Shown: piece by piece, positions 53,001-61,664 of the stretch
How positions within the stretch are numbered: the stretch's first letter is position 1
Layout: each line of letters opens with the position of its first letter
NCBI RefSeq assembly: GCF_030684315.1
Contig: NC_081381.1
Location: 32,656,784 to 32,720,783, forward strand
Length of the DNA stretch: 64,000 nucleotides
Source: Stegostoma tigrinum
Lineage: Eukaryota
Direction: 5' to 3'
Notes under the pieces: model-generated
Databases searched by the model: none
Told to the model about the DNA's origin: nothing
Seen by the model: the letters and a program-made list of their open reading frames with translations, nothing else
Program-made: the position numbers and the translations under genes

Positions 53001-54387
53001 ACGTGTGAGACTTCCTTAACTCGAATAAAATTGAAAATGATTTCCCTTGGTTTTGTAGAGATTTTGTTGGGAAACAACTTTGGTTTCTGGATTGTAATGT
53101 GAAGTAGCAAAGTGTTTGAATTGAAGTACCGTTATGTTCTGTGTTGTAGTTACAATATTAGCTTTTTGGAGGTGGGGAAGACAGATTAGTAATTGAAGGA
53201 TTGAGATCATTAGCAAAGCGCATGGAACAGAAGTCCATAACTTAATGGAACACAAATTAGGATAAAATTTACTGTAACATGGTTGTCGAAAGGGGAGTGT
53301 TGTTCTTTCTTTGCCTACAAGTTTGCTGACAGTGCAAGGAAATAACAGCAGTGAGCAAACCTGGCCAAATGGGATCTGATTGAACAAAGCATCTCAAATA
53401 TGAGATTTAAAAATTGGGAAGCAAACAATGGAAGAGCTCAGAAGCAAAGCACATTAAAGGATTTAATTCAATATCAAATCAGGGAGAGAAAGTGTAATTT
53501 TTTTCCAAAAAATCTAATAAGAATAAAATGATTTTAAAATCTGACATCTTTAAAAATTGTCCCAACCAAAAAACCTAAGGCAATGGGGCAATCCACTTAA
53601 TTTTCAATGCCAGGAAGATCAGTTAGCAATCTTTAACACTGGCCACGCTGATACATTTGATAAACTCAGTGAGACAGTTGTCCATGGTGAGACTAATGGG
53701 CAAACTCAGCAAGTTGCAAAATTATCGGTTGTTCAGATTGCAACTTTGGGTGGTCATATTTAATCATGGATCTGCAACTCTTCTGAAGTCCATTTTCATT
53801 TGATTTATTTAAATAACAGCATGTGCCATAACTAATTATGGTCCAGTATTCATCTGGAAGAGTCTGAGCCAAGAGAAAAGAGCATTCCCTCTAATAAAGC
53901 TGCTTTAAGTGAAACATATTTTAATTGCTTTGGAGTCATAGAATTATAGAGGTATACAGCACAGAACAACGTCCTTATCCACTGAGTCTGCACCAGTCAA
54001 AAAAAATCTAACTATTCAAATCCCATTTTCCAGACTTACCCCATAGCTATCTATATCTTAGCATATTGGCATGTTACATGACCAGAGTGTATATTTGTAC
54101 TGAATCCATATTTGGAATTAACAACATCCTAGTGTATCATGCACAAGTTCATAATTACTTTAAAATGGCCTATTCTTTCTAATTTCCCCTAAAACTTAAC
54201 AGCACATGAATCCAAGTGTATTTTTGTTGAGATCTCTCCCTTAAACTTAATGCTGCAGTTTGTTTACATTTGTCAATGAGAGATCTTAATTTTGCAGGTA
54301 CGTGAAGTCCGTACAGAAGTGCATCGATATGGTGGTGAGCTGTCTGGTATTCGTGTCGGTGTTAAGAAGAGCACCAAGCTTCAGTAA
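29007..54387 (+). CDS. UTP3: UTP3/SAS10, small-subunit processome component; complete 16-exon CDS, 485 aa
   Basis: join(29007-29020,30210-30294,33136-33192,35446-35502,36654-36771,40237-40311,42811-42932,43322-43474,44550-44621,44715-44755,45316-45412,47521-47700,48011-48132,51271-51337,52760-52867,54298-54387) = 1458 nt. All introns are GT-AG with consistent phases. The protein contains WGQKKATYYSTDY, KKESPELLDLIQDFK, YLNYCTNISFYLVLKA..HPVIERLLTYRNLI (Sas10/Utp3/C1D domain) and ITYQIAKNKGLTPKRKKIDRNPRVKHREKF..YGGELSGIRVGVKKSTKLQ (Sas10 C-terminal domain). Confidence 0.95.
29272..29834. mobile_element. Nested stack of three Penelope-type terminal families in UTP3 intron 1
   Basis: Outer 11-bp TSD tagcttagatt (29261-29271 / 29835-29845); three distinct repeat types inside. 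Confidence 0.65.
30210..30294 (+). CDS. UTP3: UTP3 exon 2
   Basis: ttacagcag| acceptor (NAGNAG); encodes SSRQKPKQQVDDDSDDPKTYSDLPNPDI; |GTGAGT donor. Confidence 0.8.
30550..31185 (+). mobile_element. L2-type LINE 3' remnant
   Basis: LHWLLIKQ..FKILILVFK....PPY motif, typical of the L2 ORF2 C-terminus. Confidence 0.65.
33136..33192 (+). CDS. UTP3: UTP3 exon 3
   Basis: NSSEYFNDDVDEFHQKKLQ resembles mammalian YYQDQVDDFHE; AG/GT flanks. Confidence 0.9.
33700..35280 (-). mobile_element. CR1 remnants in UTP3 intron 3 with a nested full-length HE1-type SINE
   Basis: CR1 RT remnants at about 33700-34700 and a CR1 3' end at about 34770-35280. Confidence 0.8.
34056..34383 (-). mobile_element. Full-length HE1-type V-SINE (another fragment at about 31225-31395)
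   Basis: tRNA-like head (gctcagtggttagcactg..ggttcaattcc), V-domain (gtgtggagtttgcacattctcccc..gggtttcctc..cccacagtccaaagatgtgc) and CR1-derived tail. Confidence 0.9.
35446..35502 (+). CDS. UTP3: UTP3 exon 4
   Basis: KLLADGVILEDANEDSMDE; aacag| acceptor, |GTTGGT donor, phase 0/0. Confidence 0.8.
36654..36771 (+). CDS. UTP3: UTP3 exon 5 (acidic tract)
   Basis: EEVMPLEIPDSEEDEEDEEDEDDEEDVDMDSDLEGRSEA; G|GTAAG donor. Confidence 0.92.
36794..36991. mobile_element. Fold-back Penelope-type element with 77-bp inverted arms
   Basis: Arms at 36824-36900 and 36915-36991; 14-bp TSD agtgcta(a/c)aatgtg. Confidence 0.85.
37223..37425. mobile_element. Fold-back Penelope-type element
   Basis: 12-bp TSD tagc(a/t)tttattg; inverted arms. 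Confidence 0.7.
37545..39890 (-). mobile_element. Old CR1 LINE fragment in UTP3 intron 5
   Basis: SMFSDDTKLG and other decayed ORF2 motifs; unrelated insert at about 38710-39010. Confidence 0.75.
40237..40311 (+). CDS. UTP3: UTP3 exon 6
   Basis: LPNELAWGQKKATYYSTDYVDELL; strong polypyrimidine acceptor. Confidence 0.93.
40845..42120 (+). mobile_element. CR1 3' fragment in UTP3 intron 6
   Basis: Decayed FAGDIK / WQMEFNLDKCE / CVxFWSP motifs; gactctatga tail. Confidence 0.85.
41559..41864 (+). mobile_element. Penelope-type pLTR insert with inverted 5' end and hammerhead
   Basis: 13-bp TSD tgagaggagaaag; tgca-CTGATGA-tGTTACCcagcacGGTAAT-GAAAT-GTC-tgcg at about 41746-41787; same family as 25281-25587. 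Confidence 0.8.
42811..42932 (+). CDS. UTP3: UTP3 exon 7
   Basis: GKGQEEALAEAEEEEQEALSIQKRLTENLTEEDFGLDFIQ. Confidence 0.93.
43322..43474 (+). CDS. UTP3: UTP3 exon 8
   Basis: AFAQEQ..KDLKKMSHKEQMSLLKKESPELLDLIQDFKTK. Confidence 0.95.
44550..44621 (+). CDS. UTP3: UTP3 exon 9
   Basis: LAELRDELHPLIEMVRSGKIPAGK. Confidence 0.93.
44715..44755 (+). CDS. UTP3: UTP3 exon 10
   Basis: GASYVQTKYHLYL(N), phase 2. Confidence 0.93.
45316..45412 (+). CDS. UTP3: UTP3 exon 11
   Basis: YCTNISFYLVLKAKRIPVQSHPVIERLLTYRN. Confidence 0.96.
45672..46488 (+). mobile_element. CR1 3' fragment, same subfamily as 1191-3441
   Basis: ORF 45700-46143 is near-identical to ORF 1446-1982; ttctatgttctat tail. Confidence 0.95.
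46748..46836 (-). mobile_element. Penelope-type terminal element with hammerhead core
   Basis: Minus strand reads CTGAAGA-agggtctaggcct-GAAAC-GTC-ag at 46833-46804. Confidence 0.7.
47521..47700 (+). CDS. UTP3: UTP3 exon 12
   Basis: LINDLVGLDDKLLPEIQQLL..QRTEAK; |GTAAGA donor. Confidence 0.93.
48011..48132 (+). CDS. UTP3: UTP3 exon 13
   Basis: ATDLTVSGDSESDTDEEAAFQYYKDMEERLTQKRKRAQRD, phase 2. Confidence 0.92.
51271..51337 (+). CDS. UTP3: UTP3 exon 14
   Basis: NEDSPVVKQVLGPDGKRKITYQ. Confidence 0.9.
52465..52627. mobile_element. Decayed fold-back Penelope-type element (similar ones at about 22740-22855 and 58705-58910)
   Basis: Inverted ctcagcaggtct / gacctcctgtgtttctccag arms. Confidence 0.6.
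52760..52867 (+). CDS. UTP3: UTP3 exon 15
   Basis: IAKNKGLTPKRKKIDRNPRVKHREKFRRAKIRRKGQ. Confidence 0.97.
54298..54387 (+). CDS. UTP3: UTP3 exon 16 (stop TAA)
   Basis: VREVRTEVHRYGGELSGIRVGVKKSTKLQ*. Confidence 0.96.
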   Translation, partial: VREVRTEVHRYGGELSGIRVGVKKSTKLQ

Positions 54388-54504
54388 CTTTGCTGCTTTC
54401 TGCAAACATCTGCCAATTGAAAGTCAGGGAAACAGCTGCTCTGTCTCTTTGTAATGTATTTATAGAGTTTTATAAATTGTGTATTTGTACTGTGCTTTTG
54501 TATT

Positions 54505-55118
54505 AGTAAAGTACATTTACTAACAAGTGAACTCCATGGATTTTATGACTACAGTTATTATGTTTACACCCGCATTATGGATAGCATACAATCCTCTTAA
54601 ACTCCAAATATAATTACTCATCAGGAACTGCAGCCTAGAAAATAATGTAGGAATCTTACAAATTGAAGAATGGTACACAAGTGTTTTATTGGAGACATTT
54701 GTTAAATTGGACCTTCATCAAAATAGATGAAATTTTGTTTGTTTTCCACCAACATTTAACAGCAGAGCAATTTCCAGGCCTTTCATCATTTTTTGCTTCA
54801 AAATGCTGCTGCACTGAGCAGTAGTCTCCTCCATCCTGTTGTAAAAGTACATATTGTATCTAAAGTATGAATATGTCATTGGTTTATAAATGTACAATGC
54901 CGGAGTAAGTTTTCCCAAGAAAATTGCCAGAGGCATTACTACATTGCCCAATAGATCAAGAATGAAGATGCCAGGAAACTGCTGGTTACAATTCTTTACA
55001 ATGAGTCATAACTTCAGATACCTGACTGCTGATATTGTTGATGGCAGTTTTGATCAAGTATCAGTGCTGTACTGAGAGTGGCTGTAAAACTAAAAACGTT
55101 GCCCTGATTAATATTAAA
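54505..55118 (+). terminator. Candidate UTP3 polyadenylation signals (AGTAAA 54505-54510; ATTAAA 55113-55118)
   Basis: Variant hexamers downstream of the stop codon; the second is followed by a T/GT-rich tract. Confidence 0.4.
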
Positions 55119-56578
55119 GTTTTTTTTTGTTCTTGACAGATAATGTAAGAATGAACAGAACGCAGGAATATTTGAGGGGCTGAAATGATGCTCTCACCTT
55201 TTTACAGAGGAGCTCATGAGGTTATTCAGTTAAATTATAATATTTCAGTAGATGCAGTGACAGCTAAGCCTAATTGTATCATCAATCCACTTTCTAATGG
55301 GAGTTCTTCAATATCATGAAAGCAGCTGAAACCTAGTCAAGTAGCGTAGCATGTCATCTAGTATCCTGACTGCAGGGATACATCTAAATTGGGAATCATT
55401 GTCTGTGTCACTTAACTGTGTACTTGCATTGACTACAGAAATTAAATAGACCATGTTTACAGAACTATTCTATACAACATAAGCAACATTCTGATCAGTA
55501 AACAATTTCTTTTGCTGAACAGATGTTTTTAAAAATATTTCTAAAACCCTGAAGCTATAGGTAAATCAATTTCTTTAAAAATATTAAACTCTTGTAATTC
55601 CCTATATTACTAAGTAATTAATGCTGGGGTTCTATTTTCATTGGTATTTCATCTAAGCTTACATATTTTGAGCGCTTTTTCCTCTATAATGATTTCCTGT
55701 TGGTTCAATGAGCTATAATACTAAGACAAAAATCACAAGCCCAATCACTGGCCAGTGATAAAGATGTACAGTCCAGAAGGTTGAAAAATCAATTCCTGAC
55801 TTAAATTTCCTTTCTTATTCTGGGTAGCAATCACAATATGTGTGCTCCTTGAACGAAAGGTGTATGCACTTCGGACAAGTCAAAGATTGGATTTGGTCAT
55901 CAAAATTCACTTTAGATTCTCAGAATAGAACTGGTTGTTTTCTACCAAGAATCAGCACCTACAGGAGATGAGAAGGAAAAGTGTTGAATATTCAATCCTA
56001 CTAATTAAATGAACATTACATCTCTCATCCATCTAAATGTACTGATAAGGAGTAGCAGTCATTGCCAAAGGAGGAAAATCACAAACGGCATAAGTTTATT
56101 AATATACATTGTATTTTATTTCAGTTCAGGATCAAGAGACGCCTACAGCTTTGTTTTTGGTCATACTTGCAAGAACTGTATCTCAGACTTCTGCTACAAA
56201 ATTCTTTTCTAGTTAGTTCACAGCTTACAACATCCAGTAAATTTACTAACTATATTGGTAAAAACAGTTTTGCCCTATTCCAATAATCCAGCTGCGGTAA
56301 AGGTCCCAAACACAGCACCAGAAACTAATTCATAAGATACAGAATAAATAGTAATCACACCAATAATGTCAACTCTTTGTCACTAAATTTGATGGAGTTA
56401 CATGCCTGATAGATACAGAAAAGTTCTGTATTTTCCATTTGAGGCCTAAAATAGCGCACAGACTCTGCAGTGCCATTTTATCAGTCCATGATGGTTTTGA
56501 GGAGGAAATCCTAGTGCAGTCAGAAGCTAAGTTTTAATGTTAGCTCAAACTACATATTATTACTTGGTTTTGAAAACT

Positions 56579-56618
56579 TTTATTGAGTATAATGCCAGAT
56601 CTCCCAGCTGGCTTTATT
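56579..56618 (-). terminator. PPCS polyadenylation signals (two AATAAA on the - strand)
   Basis: tttatt at 56613-56618 and 56579-56584, about 110-145 nt past the stop codon. Confidence 0.6.
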
Positions 56619-56724
56619 CACATATGCAAGTTTTCATTTTTTTAAAAAAAAAGTAGCACTTTAACAATTCTCTCTCAATTATCATACAATTATTCCTCTA
56701 ACTCAGCTGCGTCATGAAAAACAT

Positions 56725-57057
56725 CTATTTAGGATTGTTGCTTTTCTCTATAAAATTAGTGTGGCATTCACTCAAGTGTTTCACAATCTTCTCTTCGATT
56801 TCATGGTGTTGCTTCACTTCGTTCTCTGAAAGTGCCAGGTCAGTTTGAGAATCAGCAGTTACTATGACAACAAACACCCTCCGTGTTTCAAGAGCGTTGG
56901 CAACTACAACCTGATGTCTGTAAGTTTCTAAAGCTTTACGTGCTCGTACAACCAGCTGTGAAGGATCAGTCTCCAACTTGAAGGATGTGATAAATGCCTG
57001 AGGAGCCCAGTCTTTCACGAGAGGGGTAAGCATCTTGGGAACCATTTGCATAGTTAG
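56725..57057 (-). CDS. PPCS: PPCS exon 3 (stop TAG)
   Basis: ttttttatag| acceptor; [27 protein letters not shown]. Confidence 0.96.
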   Translation of the reverse strand, partial: LTMQMVPKMLTPLVKDWAPQAFITSFKLETDPSQLVVRARKALETYRHQVVVANALETRRVFVVIVTADSQTDLALSENEVKQHHEIEEKIVKHLSECHTNFIEKSNNPK

Positions 57058-60000
57058 CTATAAAAAAGAAGTTCTTTTAAAGGAAAAAAAAACAAAGCTT
57101 ACATCATATACATTTGCAAGACTTTGAAAGAAGCCTTGCTCTAAAGGTTCTCCCATGTCTTAAACAGTTTTTGCGTGTTCGCAAAGTTTCAACTGGAAAT
57201 AGAAAATTATGCAAGTTTAACTCAAGCTGTTAATTTTACTGTGAGAGAGGATTATGATTGGTGTTCCAACAAGCACTGCTTTTCAGGTATAGTACAGCTC
57301 TTCCTTACCTGCAGAGGACTAGCACCTGACTGAATTTTATGTTCTGGCATCTCAGAGGCAGGAATGAAAAAATCAGACACAGCTGCTGCGAGGTAGAACA
57401 TGGCTTTTGGTCCTGCAGAACAAGAGTTACAAATCACCTGATTTATAAAGGAATGTTGCCTAAATATGAAAGGGTACTTTGCATGCTTAGATTTTCACAT
57501 TCATTGTGTACTATGATTTGTAGGCGTTATACTTTATTAAATGGAACCAAATTACATAATGGGTTTGAGCACTTGTTCTTTGCTCATAGACTAAACTGGA
57601 AGAGCAATCTACCTAAATTCTGGATACTTGGTCTTTGTGGACACCCAAATCTAACAAAAAAAAATTACATTTATAACTGGAATGAAGTGACTACCCTTAT
57701 AAAAGAACAAACCGAAGTAATCACATTCCTGACTTGCGTGCTGTAGGTAATGGAAAGTTTTTTTTGTGCAAATTTAATGCAAGGACAAGTTGTATTTCCA
57801 GTTTCATTTTTTTAAAACATGAAAGTTAATTTCCTAGTTTATATAATCCTCCACATGGAAATCTAAATAGAGAAAACAGCTTTCAGCCTAACATCCTTTA
57901 GTTTTGACCAGGCTTCTTCTTTGCGTACCATTTGTCCATTATAAATTGCCCCAAGACAGTTCTCTAGTACTAAGGGAGTTCTGCACTGCTTAAGGTGTAT
58001 CTTATGGGTGCAATATTAAACTGTGGTCCTGTCTGACCCTTCAGGGATGCAAAAGATACTATGTGGTATCACTTAGAAGAGCTGGTGTGGTCAGCAGAAC
58101 GTCCTGGCCAATATTTATCTCCTCACTAATAATGAATCTGGACTTTGTTTCACTGCTATTTACTGAAAGCATGGCAGCCAATAATGAAGCAATTGAAATA
58201 TGGAATCCCAGAATTTGGTGATGTGCAAATATTTCAAATAGTTGTGGGATTGGTGGAAGCTAATGAGATCAGCAGAGCCAAGAGATAGAGAAATTAGAAA
58301 ATAAGGATGAGACAATTTTTAAAATTGAAGTACTGCTGAACTAGGACCCACTGAAGTCGGCTTAGGATTTCATGTAGCTTAGAATACAAATCATTGAATT
58401 TGGGGTGAGCTCCAGGTTACGGAGTAGAAAGCAGAGAAATGTGAACTAATTTCATTTTGGCAGGAAAAATGAGAAGGCACTACAAAATAATGGATACACT
58501 TTAAAGGAGGTGCAGGAGCAGAGGGATGTCCAGATGTATATGCATGAAATATTGAAGGTGGTGGGTTAGGTTGAGAAAGTGCTTCTTAAAAAAAAATTCA
58601 TAATTTTCCTCCTTGCATTTTGTTATTTTGCTGTTAACATTTGAAGAATAGCATACTTCCTTTTACGGGACATTAGTAAACCAGATGGGTTTTTAAACAC
58701 ATAAGAGAAAAATACTGCAGATACCAGACATCTGAAACACACAAAATACTGCAGAAATTAAGGTCTGGCAGCATCTGTGGAAAGAGAAACTGAGTTAACA
58801 TTTGAGTCTCCTATAACGTCCATGCTGAAGGAGCATAACCAGCTCAATATTGACTTTTTCTCTCTTTAGTTGTTGCCTGCCTGAATTTCTCCAACATTTT
58901 CTGGATTTTATATCAATCTGGCAGTTTCACAGTTACCATTACCAATATTTAGATTTTATAGTCAATTAGTAGGTGGATAGGCATGTCGCAAGATGGAGAC
59001 AAACAGTTTACACAGACAGTAATAGGTTAAGCAGTTGTGCAAGAAGTTGGCAAATTGTGCATAATGTGAAGCTGTTCATTTTGGAAGGGAGGGGAAAAAA
59101 AGCCATTTAAATGAAGAGTAAGCTGCATCACAAAGGAACTTGGGGGTACCTGTGCATGAATAGCACAGATGCAGCAGGTATCAGGAAGACTAATGGAATG
59201 TTGGCCCTTATTTCAAGGGGTTTGAAGTATAAGAGTAGAGAAGGGACTCTTGTGGTGTAGTAGTTGTATCCCTACCCTAGACTGAGAAACCCAGGTTCAA
59301 GTCCCATCTGCTCCAGAGGTGTGTAGTAACATCTCTGAATAAGTTGATTAGGAAAAACAAGTTAATAGGAAGTCTTATTGCAAAATGCAAGGTGGTAGTG
59401 AGACCACAGCTGGAGTATTGGGTGTAATTTTGGTCTTTGATAAGTAAGGAAAGATATCATTTAATTGGAAGCAATTCAGAGGAGGTTCATTAGGATGATC
59501 CCTGCTACGGAGGGATTGTCTTACAAATAGTGTCTAAACAGGTTTGAACTCTACTCAGTGGAGTTTAGAAGAGGAGGTAATCTCAGTGAAACACACACGA
59601 TTCTTCAGGGGCTCGACAGAGTAGATGCTGAGAGGATTTTTTTCCCCTTTTCGGGAGAGTCTCAAACCAGAGCTCACAATCTCAGAATAATGTGGAACAA
59701 ATTTGAAATTAAGATGAGGAACTTCTTGAGGGTTGCGTCTCTTTGGAACTCCTTGCCACAGAATTGTAGGCAGAGTTCTGGTATGTAGCCAAGGCTGAAA
59801 TAGATTACCCTAGTAGGATTAAACTTCAGGTCTATGATTTGTGGAATGTGAACATATGAAATAGGAGCATGAACCATTTGGTACTTCGAGCCCACTTCAC
59901 CATTCAATGTGATTATGGCTGATCTTCTACCTTAACTTCATCTTCCCACAGAACCCCAAAATCGATCACCTTCAGTTCGAAAATATTCACCCTCTGAACA

Positions 60001-60913
60001 TTTATGCAGTATATAATTCCATGGATTCACGACCCTCTGCATAAAAACAAATCTCATCATCAGGCGTAAATGGCTGAGCTTTTAAGCAGAAGCTTTGTGA
60101 TTCCACCTGGGAAAAACATTTTTCTCAGCAAAGCGCCTTTTAAGAATCGTACAGTTAACCGAACATGGCTGTCCTGCGGCAAATGAAGCAATTTCATAAA
60201 CTGTTAATGGAAGAACTCATTGTTGCAGGCTGTCCCCTGCCACTTTAGGAAATAAGGAAAACGACACAAAAATGCCACTTTATGATGGATACAGCAGGCA
60301 AAATGTAACTTTTTTAAAAAGTGTGTCATCTCTGCCAAGTGTACAGTCATCCTTTACCTACAGATTAACAACTGATTTCCATACCAATGGAGTTGAGCGC
60401 CTGAGCCGCCGCCCGTAGCAGGTACAAGTAGTCGGATAAGGTGCTGAACTCTACGGGAAGGAGCAGGCCGGCCTCTCGCACCGTCACATAGCGTTGCAGC
60501 ACCGGTACGATGTCGGGCAGCATCGCCTGGTTAGCTTCCACCCGCCAGCAGGTAGTTTTCTTGTCCAGCACGGCTGTCAGCGCATCGAGCATGTTGAGGC
60601 CGGCGTAGCGCCGGGAGAAGGGGTACAGGGAGCGGTGGCGGTGCAGGAAAACCACGGCGTAGCCCAGGCCGAGGAAATATTCGACCGAGACGGCGCCGCG
60701 CCAGCCGCTGCTGAAGTTGTCGAGGAAGCGGACGGTCCGCGACTCCAGCGGCACCTTGGTGCCCCCCGAGGTCACCAGCACCACCCTGCGGCCCTGCTCG
60801 GCGTGCCGCACCGCGAACTCGGCCATCGCCTCGGCCGAGCTGTCCGCATGAGGCGGCGGGACGCAATCCGAGAAAAAGTCGTTCCACTCCGTCTCGAACA
60901 GCGCCGCCGCCAT
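56725..60913 (-). CDS. PPCS: Phosphopantothenate--cysteine ligase (CoA biosynthesis); complete 3-exon CDS, 321 aa
   Basis: complement(join(56725-57057,57309-57412,60385-60913)) = 966 nt. Motifs: [83 protein letters not shown]. Introns are GT-AG with phases 1 and 0. Confidence 0.97.
57309..57412 (-). CDS. PPCS: PPCS exon 2
   Basis: (G)[34 protein letters not shown]; |GTAAGG donor. Confidence 0.96.
58450..59800 (+). mobile_element. Decayed CR1 fragments with nested SINE and Penelope pieces in PPCS intron 1
   Basis: [14 protein letters not shown] and LWNSLP motifs. Confidence 0.7.
60385..60913 (-). CDS. PPCS: PPCS exon 1
   Basis: GTCATGG start; [17 protein letters not shown]; G|GTATGG donor; lies in a CpG island. 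Confidence 0.95.
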
Positions 60914-61250
60914 GACAACTGGTCCCAGCTCCGTAAACGTTCGGGTGAACACCGTCCCCACACCAACCGGTCCCCACCCCGCCCCGCAACAACAACGACT
61001 ACTCCCAGCCCACACAACTCGGGATGGCCACCCATTTTAATCTTTAAACGCGAATTCACTTATAGGTTTTATTGCCCTGTTCATTTGCGTTTAGTTTCAT
61101 TTTACGAACTGATCAGCTGGTTTGGGGTGGGGGAAGTTCTTTAGACGTGCTCCCGGGTTCAGAAGTCGGAGTCCTTAACAACGGGTTCGAAGTCCCTAGC
61201 AACCACAGCACATCGCAGGCTGAAAGAGATTTTCGAGCAACACCGAGATG
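60390..61250. promoter_or_regulatory. CpG island and bidirectional promoter for PPCS(-) and ZMYND12(+)
   Basis: Strong GC/CpG enrichment compared with the rest of the window. The ATGs are 335 bp apart. X-box-like GTCCCTAGCAAC at 61192-61203 and GTCCTTAACAAC at 61171-61182. Confidence 0.8.
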
Positions 61251-61363
61251 CTGAGTTCTCCTGTTTATCCGCTTTCTAACCCCAAAGGTGTTAAATTAGA
61301 GTGTGAGATGTGCCAGAAGACTGCCCATGTTATGTGCTCCCAGTGCAGGGTAACTTATTACTG
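61248..61363 (+). CDS. ZMYND12: ZMYND12 first coding exon (start of the MYND zinc finger); the gene continues beyond the window
   Basis: MLSSPVYPLSNPKGVKLECEMCQKTAHVMCSQCRVTYY(C) with TG|GTGAGT donor. It matches the ZMYND12 N-terminus (YPL..PKG..L.CE.C...A...C..C.VTYYC) and is head-to-head with PPCS as in mammals. It is absent from the supplied ORF track. Confidence 0.9.
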
Positions 61364-61664
61364 GTGAGTAAAGAAAAAGACCACCATTATATATCTTCCC
61401 AAAATCCCACCCTCTCACCTTGCAATCTGCTCTTCAAATTTTTGCCTTCTACTTTAACTTTTTATAAAAGTGTGCTGCTGCCTTCAAAATCCATGCCCAC
61501 CCGTCCTGCAACTAATTCCTTTAATTATTTTCCGTAATGGTATCTCCACCCTCGTAATATAGTTGTGCATTTGGACATACTGGCATTGTAGGGTTTTCTA
61601 GGCTGCACATGTTGCTCAAATGGGACATGTTTCCTCTCAAAATTGATCCATACACAGAAAGAAA

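Noticed and set aside
60914-61015. N-terminal extension of PPCS in the ORF track (MWAGSSRCC...)
   Set aside because: It starts at a non-ATG codon. The ATG at 60913 has good context and gives the expected protein length.
60494-61144. 216-aa plus-strand ORF and other overlapping ORFs across PPCS exon 1
   Set aside because: They are antisense or alternate-frame shadows of a GC-rich exon and show no recognisable motifs.
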